Positions 45,274 to 53,539 of a DNA stretch of 56,780 nucleotides are shown here, piece by piece. The notes beneath the pieces are model-generated. The model ran no database searches and had not been told where the DNA came from. It was given only the letters and a program-made list of their open reading frames with translations. This DNA is from Candidatus Aminicenantes bacterium RBG_16_66_30. GTDB lineage: Bacteria; Acidobacteriota; Aminicenantia; Aminicenantales; Saccharicenantaceae. Location: assembly GCA_001775715.1 (NCBI GenBank), contig MEYC01000003.1, positions 3,999 through 60,778 of the forward strand, in the 5' to 3' direction. Numbering within the stretch: position 1 is the stretch's first letter; the number at the start of each line of letters is the position of its first letter. The position numbers were made by a program, and so were the translations under genes.

Positions 45274-47112
45274 ATGAACGGCTGGACCGGCCAGATCCTG
45301 AGAGTCAACCTGACCGCAAAAACCTTTAATAAAGAATCGTTTACAGAAGAATTCGCCCGCAAGTGGATCGGCGGGCGCGGCTTCGCCGCCAAGATCCTCT
45401 TCGACGAGCTCGCGCCGGGGATCGACCCCCTCGGCCCCGACAACAAGTTCATCGTCGCCCTGGGCCCCATCGCCGGCATCCCCGCCCCCAACACGGGGAA
45501 AGCGGTCGTCGCCGGGAAATCCCCCAGCACGGGCGGCTATGGGGACGGTAACCTGGGGACCCGGGTGGCCGAGCAGCTCCGCAAAGCCGGCTATGACGCC
45601 CTGATCGTCGAGGGCAAGGCCGCGGGGCCGACCATGCTTTACATCGAGGACGACAGGGTCGAGTTCCTCCCGGCCGACGCCGTCTGGGGCAAGGGGACCT
45701 ACGAGACGAACGACTGGATCTACGCCAAGTACGGCAAGGGCGTCGGCGTCCTCAACATCGGCCAGGCCGGCGAGAACCTGGTCCGCTACGCCGTCGTCCG
45801 CAGCCTCGAGGGCCGGGCCGGCGGCCGGACGGGCATGGGCGCGGTCATGGGCTCGAAGCTCCTCAAGGCCGTCGTCGTCAAGGGCACCAAGCCCATCCCC
45901 CAGGCCGACCCGGACGGGATGAAGAAGGTCGGCATGGACGACCTCCGAGAGGTCCACCGGATCGACAAGGAGGCCGGCTGGTCCATCCAGAGCACCAACG
46001 GCGTCCTGGCCTGGTGCAACGAGGTCGCCGCCCTCCCGGTGCGGAACTTCCGCAAGACCCACCACGCCGACGCCTGGAAGGTCGACGGCGAGCGCCTGAA
46101 CAACGCCCGCATCGCCACCTACGGCTGCCCCAACTGCACCATGCGCTGCGGCATCACCATCCACGACGACGAGGGGCGCGAGTCCGAGCTCGACTATGAG
46201 AACATCGGCCTCCTCGGCCCCAATCTGGAGATCTTCGACCTGCCCCAGGTCGGCTCGCTGAACTACCTTTGCGACGACTACGGCATCGACACGATGTCGG
46301 GCGGCTGTACCCTGAGCTTCTACGCCGACGCTATCGACCACGGGGCGGTGGCCGGCGACTACGGCTTCAACGACGCCGCCGGCTCGAAGAAGCTCCTGGG
46401 GATGATCGCCCGGCGCGAAGGCGAGATCGGGAACATCCTGGCCGAGGGCTCGATGCGCGCCGCCCGCAAGTTCGGCCACGGCTCGGAGGCCTACGCCATG
46501 CAGGTCAAGGGCCTCGAGGTCGCGGCCTACAACTGCAAGTTCATTCCGGGGATGGCCCTGGCCTTCGGGGTCAGCCCCATCGGCGCCCATCATAAGGAGT
46601 CCTGGGTCATCACCTTCGAGCTCAAGAGCACGTCCCGCGAATCCTACGGCCCGGAGAAGGCCCAAAAGGTCATCGACCTGCAGAGGATCCGGGGCGGCCT
46701 CTTCGAGTACATCGTCTCCTGCCGCTTCCCCTGGATCGAGATCGGCTGGGGCCTCGAGAACTACCCCAAGTACTTCAAGCTGGTCAGCGGCCTCGACTGG
46801 ACCCTCGACGATTTCTGGACGATCTCGGACAGGATCTACTCCATGATCAAGCTCTTCTGGCTCCGCGAATACCCCGGGACTGACCGCAAGCTCGACTATC
46901 CGCCGGCCGTCTGGTTCGACCCGGCCAACGCCGACACCGACGGCCCGATCGCCGGCAGGCATCTCGAATATGACAAGTACGACGGGCTCCTCCAGCATTA
47001 CTACGACCTGCGCGGCTATGACAGGCGCGGCATCCCGACCAAGGCCACGCTCGAACGGCTGGGCGTCGCCGAGGAGGGCCGGGCGGCGGAGAAATACGGA
47101 AAGCTCACGTGA
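45274..47112 (+). CDS. aor: aldehyde:ferredoxin oxidoreductase (tungstopterin AOR family)
   Basis: AOR_N signature MNGWTGQILRVNLT...GGRGFAAKILFDE...PLGPDNKFIVALGPIAGIPAPNTGKAVVAGKSP. Cys ligand context CPNCTMRC. About 610 aa, typical of the family. Confidence 0.9.
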   Translation: MNGWTGQILRVNLTAKTFNKESFTEEFARKWIGGRGFAAKILFDELAPGIDPLGPDNKFIVALGPIAGIPAPNTGKAVVAGKSPSTGGYGDGNLGTRVAEQLRKAGYDALIVEGKAAGPTMLYIEDDRVEFLPADAVWGKGTYETNDWIYAKYGKGVGVLNIGQAGENLVRYAVVRSLEGRAGGRTGMGAVMGSKLLKAVVVKGTKPIPQADPDGMKKVGMDDLREVHRIDKEAGWSIQSTNGVLAWCNEVAALPVRNFRKTHHADAWKVDGERLNNARIATYGCPNCTMRCGITIHDDEGRESELDYENIGLLGPNLEIFDLPQVGSLNYLCDDYGIDTMSGGCTLSFYADAIDHGAVAGDYGFNDAAGSKKLLGMIARREGEIGNILAEGSMRAARKFGHGSEAYAMQVKGLEVAAYNCKFIPGMALAFGVSPIGAHHKESWVITFELKSTSRESYGPEKAQKVIDLQRIRGGLFEYIVSCRFPWIEIGWGLENYPKYFKLVSGLDWTLDDFWTISDRIYSMIKLFWLREYPGTDRKLDYPPAVWFDPANADTDGPIAGRHLEYDKYDGLLQHYYDLRGYDRRGIPTKATLERLGVAEEGRAAEKYGKLT

Positions 47113-47336
47113 AGATCACCGTCAAGCTGATCGGGCCGTTCGTCCAGGTGTTCGGCTTCAGCGAAAAGGAGCTGGACGTGCCCGAGGGGACGACGGCCGA
47201 GGAGCTCATCTCTCTCGTCTCGATCGACAAGTCCCGGCCTAAGATCGTCACCCGGAACGGCCGGGCGGTCGTGCCCGACGAAGCCCTGGCCGAGGGCGAC
47301 CGGGTCGTGATCTCGCCGATCTATTCGGGCGGGTGA
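47109..47336 (+). CDS. MoaD/ThiS-family ubiquitin-like sulfur carrier (C-terminal GG)
   Basis: 75 aa, ends ...ISPIYSGG. Beta-grasp-like pattern. The start overlaps the aor stop. Confidence 0.75.
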   Translation: MKITVKLIGPFVQVFGFSEKELDVPEGTTAEELISLVSIDKSRPKIVTRNGRAVVPDEALAEGDRVVISPIYSGG

Positions 47337-47337
47337 G

Positions 47338-48921
47338 GTGAACAAGGCATTCCCCATTCTCGTCGGCGGCCGCTGGCGCCCGGCCGGCGGCCCCGCGACG
47401 TTCCAGGCCCTTGATCCGGCCACCGGCGGCACGCTCCCCGGGGAGTACCCGATCTCGCCCTGGCCCGACGTCGCCGAGGCCCTAGAGGCCGGCAATAAAG
47501 CCGCCGGGGAATTGGCCGCTCTGGGCCCCGAGTCCATCGCCCGTTTCCTCGAGGCCTTCGCCATCAGGATCGAAAGGCGGAAGGAAGAGCTCGTCGCCGC
47601 GGCGCATTTAGAGACCGGCCTGCCGGCCGAACCCCGCCTGGGCTCCGTCGAGCTTCCGCGAATGCTCGATCAGCTCCGGAAGGCGGCGGCCGCCTGCCGC
47701 GACCGCTCCTGGTCGCGGGCGACGATCGATACGAAAGCGGACATCCGGTCCATGTACGGTCCGCTGGGCGGCCCGGTCGTCATCATGGGTCCCAACAACT
47801 TCCCCTACGCGTATAACGCCATGGGCGGAGGGGATTTCGCGTCCGCCCTGGCCGCGGGGAACCCCATCATCGCCAAGGCCCACCCCGGCCATCCTGCGGC
47901 GACCAGGATCCTGGCTGAGGAAGCGCACGAAGCCATTTTAAAGATCGCTTTGCCGCGGGCCTCCGTTCAGCTCCTCTACCATTTCGCGCCCGAGGACGGC
48001 CTTCGGCTGGTATCTCATCCCGACGTCGGCGCGACCGCCTTCACCGGCAGCCGGCCGTCGGGCCTGGCCCTCAAGGAGGCCGCGGACCGGGCCGGCAAGC
48101 CCATATATCTGGAAATGTCGAGCGCCAATCCCGTGTTCATTCTGCCCGGAGCCCTCGACGAGCGGTCGACAGAGATCGCCGCGGAGCTTTTTCAGTCCTG
48201 CACGCTGGCGGCCGGCCAGATGTGCACCAAGCCCGGCCTGGTGGTCGTTCCCGACGGCCCCGCGGGAAGGGGCTTCGTCGAGACGGTCCGGAAGGCATTC
48301 GAGGGATCGGAGCCGATGGTCCTCCTCGGTCCCAAGGTCCTCGACGGGCTTCGGGAGGCCACGACGCGTCTGGCTGCCAAGGGAGCCGAGCGCCTCGCGG
48401 GAGGGCGCGAGCCCTCGGGTCACGGGATCAGGTTCTCCCCCACCCTGTTCAGGATGTCCGGCGCCGGATTCCTCGAGGATCCTTCGTCCTTTCAGGTCGA
48501 ATCCTTCGGAACGCTGTCCGTGATCGTCATGGCCGGGGACATGGCCATGATGAGGGAGATCGCGACCCTTCTGGACGGCCACTTGACCGGGGCGATCTAC
48601 AGCCATTCCGGCGGGAGCGACAATGGGGAGTATGATGCGATCGAACCCATCCTTCGAACCAAGGTCGGCCGGCTTCTGAACGACAAGATGCCCACGGGCG
48701 TCGCCGTCTCCCCGGCCATGAACCACGGCGGCCCCTATCCGGCCACCGGGCATCCCGGGTTCACGGCCGTCGGCTTCCCAGCGGCCATCCTCAGATTCGC
48801 GGCCCTGAGATGCTATGACCACGTCCGGGCCGGCCGTCTGCCGCCGGAATTGAGGGACGCGAATCCCACGGGGGCGATGTGGCGCTCGATCGACGGCGAG
48901 TGGACCCAGAGATCGCTCTGA
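47338..48921 (+). CDS. NAD(P)-dependent aldehyde dehydrogenase (KGSADH-like subfamily)
   Basis: Catalytic Cys context AAGQMCTKPGLVVV, Glu context YLEMSSANP and FTGSRPSG. GTG start 1 nt after the MoaD-like stop. Confidence 0.85.
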   Translation: MNKAFPILVGGRWRPAGGPATFQALDPATGGTLPGEYPISPWPDVAEALEAGNKAAGELAALGPESIARFLEAFAIRIERRKEELVAAAHLETGLPAEPRLGSVELPRMLDQLRKAAAACRDRSWSRATIDTKADIRSMYGPLGGPVVIMGPNNFPYAYNAMGGGDFASALAAGNPIIAKAHPGHPAATRILAEEAHEAILKIALPRASVQLLYHFAPEDGLRLVSHPDVGATAFTGSRPSGLALKEAADRAGKPIYLEMSSANPVFILPGALDERSTEIAAELFQSCTLAAGQMCTKPGLVVVPDGPAGRGFVETVRKAFEGSEPMVLLGPKVLDGLREATTRLAAKGAERLAGGREPSGHGIRFSPTLFRMSGAGFLEDPSSFQVESFGTLSVIVMAGDMAMMREIATLLDGHLTGAIYSHSGGSDNGEYDAIEPILRTKVGRLLNDKMPTGVAVSPAMNHGGPYPATGHPGFTAVGFPAAILRFAALRCYDHVRAGRLPPELRDANPTGAMWRSIDGEWTQRSL

Positions 48922-49003
48922 GGAACGTCCCCGTCAGGGTACTTTGCCCTCGGGTCAGCAGTAGAGGCACTTTCCCGTCGAAATACTCATTGACCTTGAA
49001 CAT
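48922..49003 (-). pseudogene. 5' relic of a ppnP (DUF1255, pyrimidine/purine nucleoside phosphorylase) gene
   Basis: MFKVNEYFDGKV matches the conserved PpnP N-terminus (MFKVNEYFDG.VKS as I recall it). Similarity is lost after about 12 codons. The rest of the 70-aa track ORF runs antisense through the ALDH 3' end with Arg/Ser/Pro-rich composition. Confidence 0.4.
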
Positions 49004-49646
49004 GTCGGCCTCTCATTTTGACCAGGAGCTCGACGACGAGGTTGGCCTGCATGGCCGCGACCAGGGCTACCCGCGGGGCCATCGGGCTGATCCCCTTCGG
49101 GCACTGGCTCGATTCGTCGCCGCAGATGTAGAGATTCCCCAAGCGCCGGGTGTGGATCTTGCGGTTGCGGCCGTATCCGGCCAGGCCCGAGGCCGCGACG
49201 ATCGGCCGGCCCGGGAACCGGGCAAGGGACGCTTCGATGAGCATCTCCTTGGCCGCGGCCTTGTCGAAGGCCTCGACCAGGATGTCCACCCGGGCAAAGA
49301 CCGTCGCCGCGTTCCTGCGGTTGATGCGGACGTCGTGGATCTCGTAGAGCGAATAAGGATTGACGGCCAGGAGGCTCTCCCGCAGGGCCACGACCTTCCG
49401 CTCGCCGACCTGGTCGAGGAAATATTGTTGGCGGTTGAGATTGGAGGGCTCGATCCGGTCGAAGTCGGCGATGACCAGGCGGCCGACGCCCGCCCGGGCC
49501 AGGGCGACGGCCACGTTCGATCCGAGCCCCCCCGCCCCGGCGATGCCGACGGAGCTCCGGCGCAAGACGGCCAGGACATCCGGATCGCGATGGGTGAAGT
49601 ACTCCCGGGCGAAGGCGATCGTCCCCGGCTTCGGCAGGGTCTTCAC
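48987..49646 (-). CDS. ThiF/MoeB/HesA-family E1-like adenylyltransferase (short form, 219 aa)
   Basis: Nucleotide-binding motif VGIAGAGGLGSNVAVALARAGVGRLVIADFDRIEPSNLNRQ. GTG start 49646 overlaps the mobB stop (GTGA). The upstream part of the 454-aa track ORF is an alternative frame of mobB. Confidence 0.8.
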   Translation of the reverse strand: MKTLPKPGTIAFAREYFTHRDPDVLAVLRRSSVGIAGAGGLGSNVAVALARAGVGRLVIADFDRIEPSNLNRQQYFLDQVGERKVVALRESLLAVNPYSLYEIHDVRINRRNAATVFARVDILVEAFDKAAAKEMLIEASLARFPGRPIVAASGLAGYGRNRKIHTRRLGNLYICGDESSQCPKGISPMAPRVALVAAMQANLVVELLVKMRGRHVQGQ

Positions 49647-50320
49647 GGCTTCGGCCCCGGCTTGGCCCGGTCTTCGGTCCGGTCGATCACGAGGGAGATC
49701 TTTTTCGGCTCGGGATCGATGCCGCTCAGGGATGTGACCATCCCCAGGACGGTCCTCTCGATGAACGTCCGGACGAACGGGTTCATGTTGACCTCCCGGC
49801 CGTCCACTTCGAGCGTGATGTCCGCCATGCTGGCCTCCTCGACGGAGAGAATGAGGTCCGAGAGGCGCGCCGTCTCTTCGGGTCTGAAGACCGGTACGGG
49901 GACGCCGTCGGGCAAGGGCCGGTCCGAGACAACCGCCAAAAGCTCTTCGGGACGGCTCGTCAGGGCCTCGGAGACGCCGGCCCGCAGGACCTCGATCTTG
50001 GGGACTCCTGCGACGTTCTTGCCCCCTTCGATGAGGACGACGTCGGCCTCGGGGAAGAGTCGCGCGGCGAGGGCCGGGGCCTCGACGGACGCCGCCCGGG
50101 CCAGGGCCGCCCAGCCCTCCGGGGAGATCATAGCCACTCCCCCGGCGCCCGCCCGGCTGAATTCCGCCGTGTCCTTGCCTTCCGTATCCAGCGCGAAGCC
50201 GTGGGAACATCGTTTGACGGCGGAGACCCGGAGCCCCCGTTTCGTGAGCTCTTGGATAAGGCGAACAATGAGCCGCGTCTTGCCGGTTTCGGAGAGTCCG
50301 GCGACGGCAACGATCTTCAT
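49643..50320 (-). CDS. mobB: MobB-like molybdopterin-guanine dinucleotide biosynthesis adaptor with ~70-aa C-terminal extension
   Basis: MKIVAVAGLSETGKTRLIVRLIQELTKRGLRVSAVKRCSHGF (P-loop plus KH..H-like motif) and VLIEGGK. The extra C-terminal domain (DITLEVDGREVNMNPFVRTFIERTVLGMV) is unassigned. Confidence 0.8.
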   Translation of the reverse strand: MKIVAVAGLSETGKTRLIVRLIQELTKRGLRVSAVKRCSHGFALDTEGKDTAEFSRAGAGGVAMISPEGWAALARAASVEAPALAARLFPEADVVLIEGGKNVAGVPKIEVLRAGVSEALTSRPEELLAVVSDRPLPDGVPVPVFRPEETARLSDLILSVEEASMADITLEVDGREVNMNPFVRTFIERTVLGMVTSLSGIDPEPKKISLVIDRTEDRAKPGPKP

Positions 50321-50361
50321 CGGGTTCTAAATAGCACACGGGCCCGGGCAAGTCAAAAAGG

Positions 50362-51999
50362 CTATCTCCAGGCGACCTTCATGTTCTCTGGGCCGCGCGC
50401 CTTGACCTCGGGACGGAGGTCGAGGGCCAGCAGGGCGGGCTTGTCGCCGATGTCCCGGGCGACGAGGAAGACGAGCTCGCAGACCTTCTCCATCTTGATG
50501 GTGTCGGCCTTGGCCGCGACGTCCCCTTCCTGGTGGTAGTCGTCGGTCGTGCCACAGAAGAACCACACGCCCGGGATGCCGTAGCGGATGTAGGGGTACT
50601 GATCGCTCCGGAAGAAGAAGCGGTCCGGGTGTCCGGGATTCTCGTACGCATAGTCGAGCGTTAGGCCGGGCCCGGGCCGCTTGTTCATGGCCTGGATGCT
50701 CGCGTCGAGCCCGGAGCTGAGCCTGTTCGAGCCGATGAGATAGATGTGGTTCGCGGCGTTCCGCGAGATCATGTCCAGGTTGAGGTTGGCGCTGATCTTC
50801 TCGACGGGTACGGGGCAGTGCTGGACGAAATAGTACGAGCCGATGAGCCCCCGCTCCTCGGCCGTGTTCCAGACGAAGATGACCGACCGCTTCGGCCTCG
50901 CGATCATCAAGGCCTCGGCGACCTCGAACATGCCGACGACCCCGGAGATGTTGTCGTCCGCGCCGGGGAAGATCCGGCCCTCGCGGGCGGGATTGTGATC
51001 GTGGTGGGAGCTGATGGTGAGATACTCCTCGCGGAGGGCCGGGTCCGCGCCCTCGAGCCAGGCGACGACGTTGAAGGTACGCTTCGTCCGGGTCGCCGAG
51101 GCGATCTCGATGCCGAGCGTCCGTCCGGCGAGTCTTTTCGCCACGGCCGGCTTGCCCAGGCGGACGGTCTCGAACATCCGGGCCAGCTCGTCCCGGTCAC
51201 AGCCCAGGATCGCGGCGCCCGCATCGTGCCGCACTTCAACCTGGAGGAAGAGGCCGCCCGGCCGCGGCGGCACGGCCCCGGACGCGGTCCCGGCCCCCAT
51301 CCCGGTGACGACGTCGGGGAACCTGAGCCGCTCGGGCAGGTCTAAGGGCAAGCCCGTTTTCGCCAGCCGCGCTTCCCGCTCTTCGTTGATGATCGAGACC
51401 ACGGCCACAACTCCCCGCTCCCGCAGGGCGGCGGTCCGGCCCATGAGGAGCCGGCGGTTCTCTGTCGGCTTGAGCGGATGGTCCCCTGACAGCGTCGCGT
51501 CCAGGACGACGACGACCTTGCCCCGGACGTCTACGCCCGCCAGGTCGTCCCAGCCGAGCTGCGGGGCGCTGAGCCCAAAGCCCAGGAAAACGACCCCGCC
51601 CGAGACTTGCCCCGTCTCGAACCCCCGTCCGACCGTGGCGTCGTCCGGGAAGCCGAAGACCCGCTCGCCCGATGCCGCCGTGAGGCGCAACCGGGAGGCG
51701 GAGGGCACGACGGTCGTGACCTCGACCGGGACCTCCTGGTAGAAGGACCCATCGGGCATCAGGGGTTTGAGGCCGATCCGCTCGGCTGTGAGAGCGATGT
51801 ACTTGGAGGCGATATCGAGCTCCGCGGAGGGGGTGCTCCTCCCGCGGAACTCCGGCGATCCGAGGAATTCCAGGGAGAACCCCATGTCCTCGCCGCGGAT
51901 CTCTTCCAAGGCCCGGGACGTGACGCCGTCCGAGCAGGCGGTGAGGGCGAGGGCCAGATAGGCGGCCGAGAAAATGATCGAAGTCCGACGGGATATCAT
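50362..51999 (-). CDS. M28-family aminopeptidase with PA domain, probable lipoprotein
   Basis: Lipobox-like LALTAC. Zinc-ligand motifs SSHHDH, GADDNISGVVGMFE, NTAEERGLIGS, NLDMIS. Start set to ATG 51999, 5 nt after GGAGGAAG. Confidence 0.85.
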   Translation of the reverse strand: MISRRTSIIFSAAYLALALTACSDGVTSRALEEIRGEDMGFSLEFLGSPEFRGRSTPSAELDIASKYIALTAERIGLKPLMPDGSFYQEVPVEVTTVVPSASRLRLTAASGERVFGFPDDATVGRGFETGQVSGGVVFLGFGLSAPQLGWDDLAGVDVRGKVVVVLDATLSGDHPLKPTENRRLLMGRTAALRERGVVAVVSIINEEREARLAKTGLPLDLPERLRFPDVVTGMGAGTASGAVPPRPGGLFLQVEVRHDAGAAILGCDRDELARMFETVRLGKPAVAKRLAGRTLGIEIASATRTKRTFNVVAWLEGADPALREEYLTISSHHDHNPAREGRIFPGADDNISGVVGMFEVAEALMIARPKRSVIFVWNTAEERGLIGSYYFVQHCPVPVEKISANLNLDMISRNAANHIYLIGSNRLSSGLDASIQAMNKRPGPGLTLDYAYENPGHPDRFFFRSDQYPYIRYGIPGVWFFCGTTDDYHQEGDVAAKADTIKMEKVCELVFLVARDIGDKPALLALDLRPEVKARGPENMKVAWR

Positions 52000-52114
52000 A
52001 AGCGCTTCCTCCATCGTGTTCGCCAGGCTTTCGGGTATATTAGCACGGAAGGATTGCTTTCCGCGCGGACTGGAATATAATCCCCCTCTTCAGCGCCAGG
52101 AAGAGAGGTCCCGC

Positions 52115-53521
52115 ATGAGCATCTGGAAGACCAAAACCCCGGCCCAGATCGAGGAGGCCGCGGAACACACCCAGCTCAAGAAGAACCTCACGGCCGTCGA
52201 CCTGGCCGCCCTGGGCATCGGTTCCGTCGTCGGGACGGGCATCTTCGTGGCCACGGGACAGGGAGCCCAGCTGGCCGGCCCCGGCGTCCTGCTGTCGTTC
52301 ATCATCGCCGCCGTCACGTGCGGTTTCTGCGCTCTCACCTACTCGGAGCTCGCCTGCATGTTCCCCGTCGCGGGCAGCACCTACTCGTACTCTTATGTCG
52401 CCTTCGGCGAGGTCATCGCCTGGATCATCGGCTGGGACCTCATGCTCGAATACCTCGTCGCCGCGAGCGCCGTGGCCTCGGGCTGGTCGACGACCTTCAT
52501 CGGCCTCATCCAGAGCGCCGGGGCCAAGCTGCCGAAAGCCCTGCTGACCCCGCCGATCACGACGGTCGACGGCCGCATCGTCCTCTCGGGCGGGATCGTC
52601 GACGTGCCGGCCATCGTCATCACCATGCTCATCACCTGGGTCCTCTACATCGGCATCCGCGAGAGCGCCAAGATCAACAACGTCATCGTCCTGGTCAAGA
52701 TCGCCGTCATCCTCCTCTTCGTCTTCCTCGGCGTCCGCCACGTCAGCCTGGCCAACCTCCAGCCGATGATGCCCTTCGGCTGGAAGGGCGTCATGGCCGG
52801 TGCGGCTATCATCTTCTTCGCCTACATCGGCTTCGACGCCGTCTCGACGGCCGCGGAGGAGACCAAGAACCCGAAAAAGGACGTTCCGCTCGGGCTGATG
52901 CTCTGCCTGGGCGTCGTCATCGTCCTCTACGTCGCCGTCGCCTTCGTCCTGACGGGCATCGTCCCCTACAAGCAGATCGACGTCGGCAACGCCCTGCCGG
53001 CCGCGCTGGGCAGCATCGGCATCCGGTGGGGCGGGGCGCTCGTCGCGACCGGGGCCATCATCGGCATGATCTCGACCCTGCTCGTGACGCTCTACGGCCA
53101 GATCCGGATCTTCATGGTCATGGCCCGCGACGGCCTCCTGCCGCCGGCCTTCGCCAAGGTCCATCCCAAGCACCAGACGCCCCACCTCTGCACCTGGATC
53201 ACGGGCTCGGCCACGGCCCTCATCGCCGGGCTCTTCCCCCTGCCGATGATCATCGACCTCTGCAACATCGGCACGCTCTTCGCCTTCATCCTCGTTTCCA
53301 TCGGGGTCATCCTGCTGAGGAAGACGCGGCCCGAGGTCGAGCGGAAGTTCAAGACGCCCGGCGTTCCCTTCACCCCGCTCATCACGGTCGGCTTCTGCTT
53401 CTACCTCATGGCCAGCCTGCCCCGGGTGACCTGGGTGCGCTTCGGGATCTGGCTCCTGGCCGGCCTGGCGATCTATTTCATGTACGGCTTCCGCCACAGC
53501 AAGCTCCAGAAGGCGGCCTGA
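52115..53521 (+). CDS. APC-superfamily amino acid permease (cationic amino acid transporter-like)
   Basis: Twelve or more TM segments. N-terminal signature LTAVDLAALGIGSVVGTGIFVATG. Start moved to ATG 52115 (MSIWKTK). Confidence 0.9.
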   Translation: MSIWKTKTPAQIEEAAEHTQLKKNLTAVDLAALGIGSVVGTGIFVATGQGAQLAGPGVLLSFIIAAVTCGFCALTYSELACMFPVAGSTYSYSYVAFGEVIAWIIGWDLMLEYLVAASAVASGWSTTFIGLIQSAGAKLPKALLTPPITTVDGRIVLSGGIVDVPAIVITMLITWVLYIGIRESAKINNVIVLVKIAVILLFVFLGVRHVSLANLQPMMPFGWKGVMAGAAIIFFAYIGFDAVSTAAEETKNPKKDVPLGLMLCLGVVIVLYVAVAFVLTGIVPYKQIDVGNALPAALGSIGIRWGGALVATGAIIGMISTLLVTLYGQIRIFMVMARDGLLPPAFAKVHPKHQTPHLCTWITGSATALIAGLFPLPMIIDLCNIGTLFAFILVSIGVILLRKTRPEVERKFKTPGVPFTPLITVGFCFYLMASLPRVTWVRFGIWLLAGLAIYFMYGFRHSKLQKAA

Positions 53522-53539
53522 AGTCGGGCCCGGGCTGTC

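Noticed and set aside
48987-50351. 454-aa ORF as a single gene
   Set aside because: Only the C-terminal 219 aa (from GTG 49646) look like a ThiF-family protein. The N-terminal part is an Arg/Pro/Gly-rich alternative frame of the clearly coding MobB gene.
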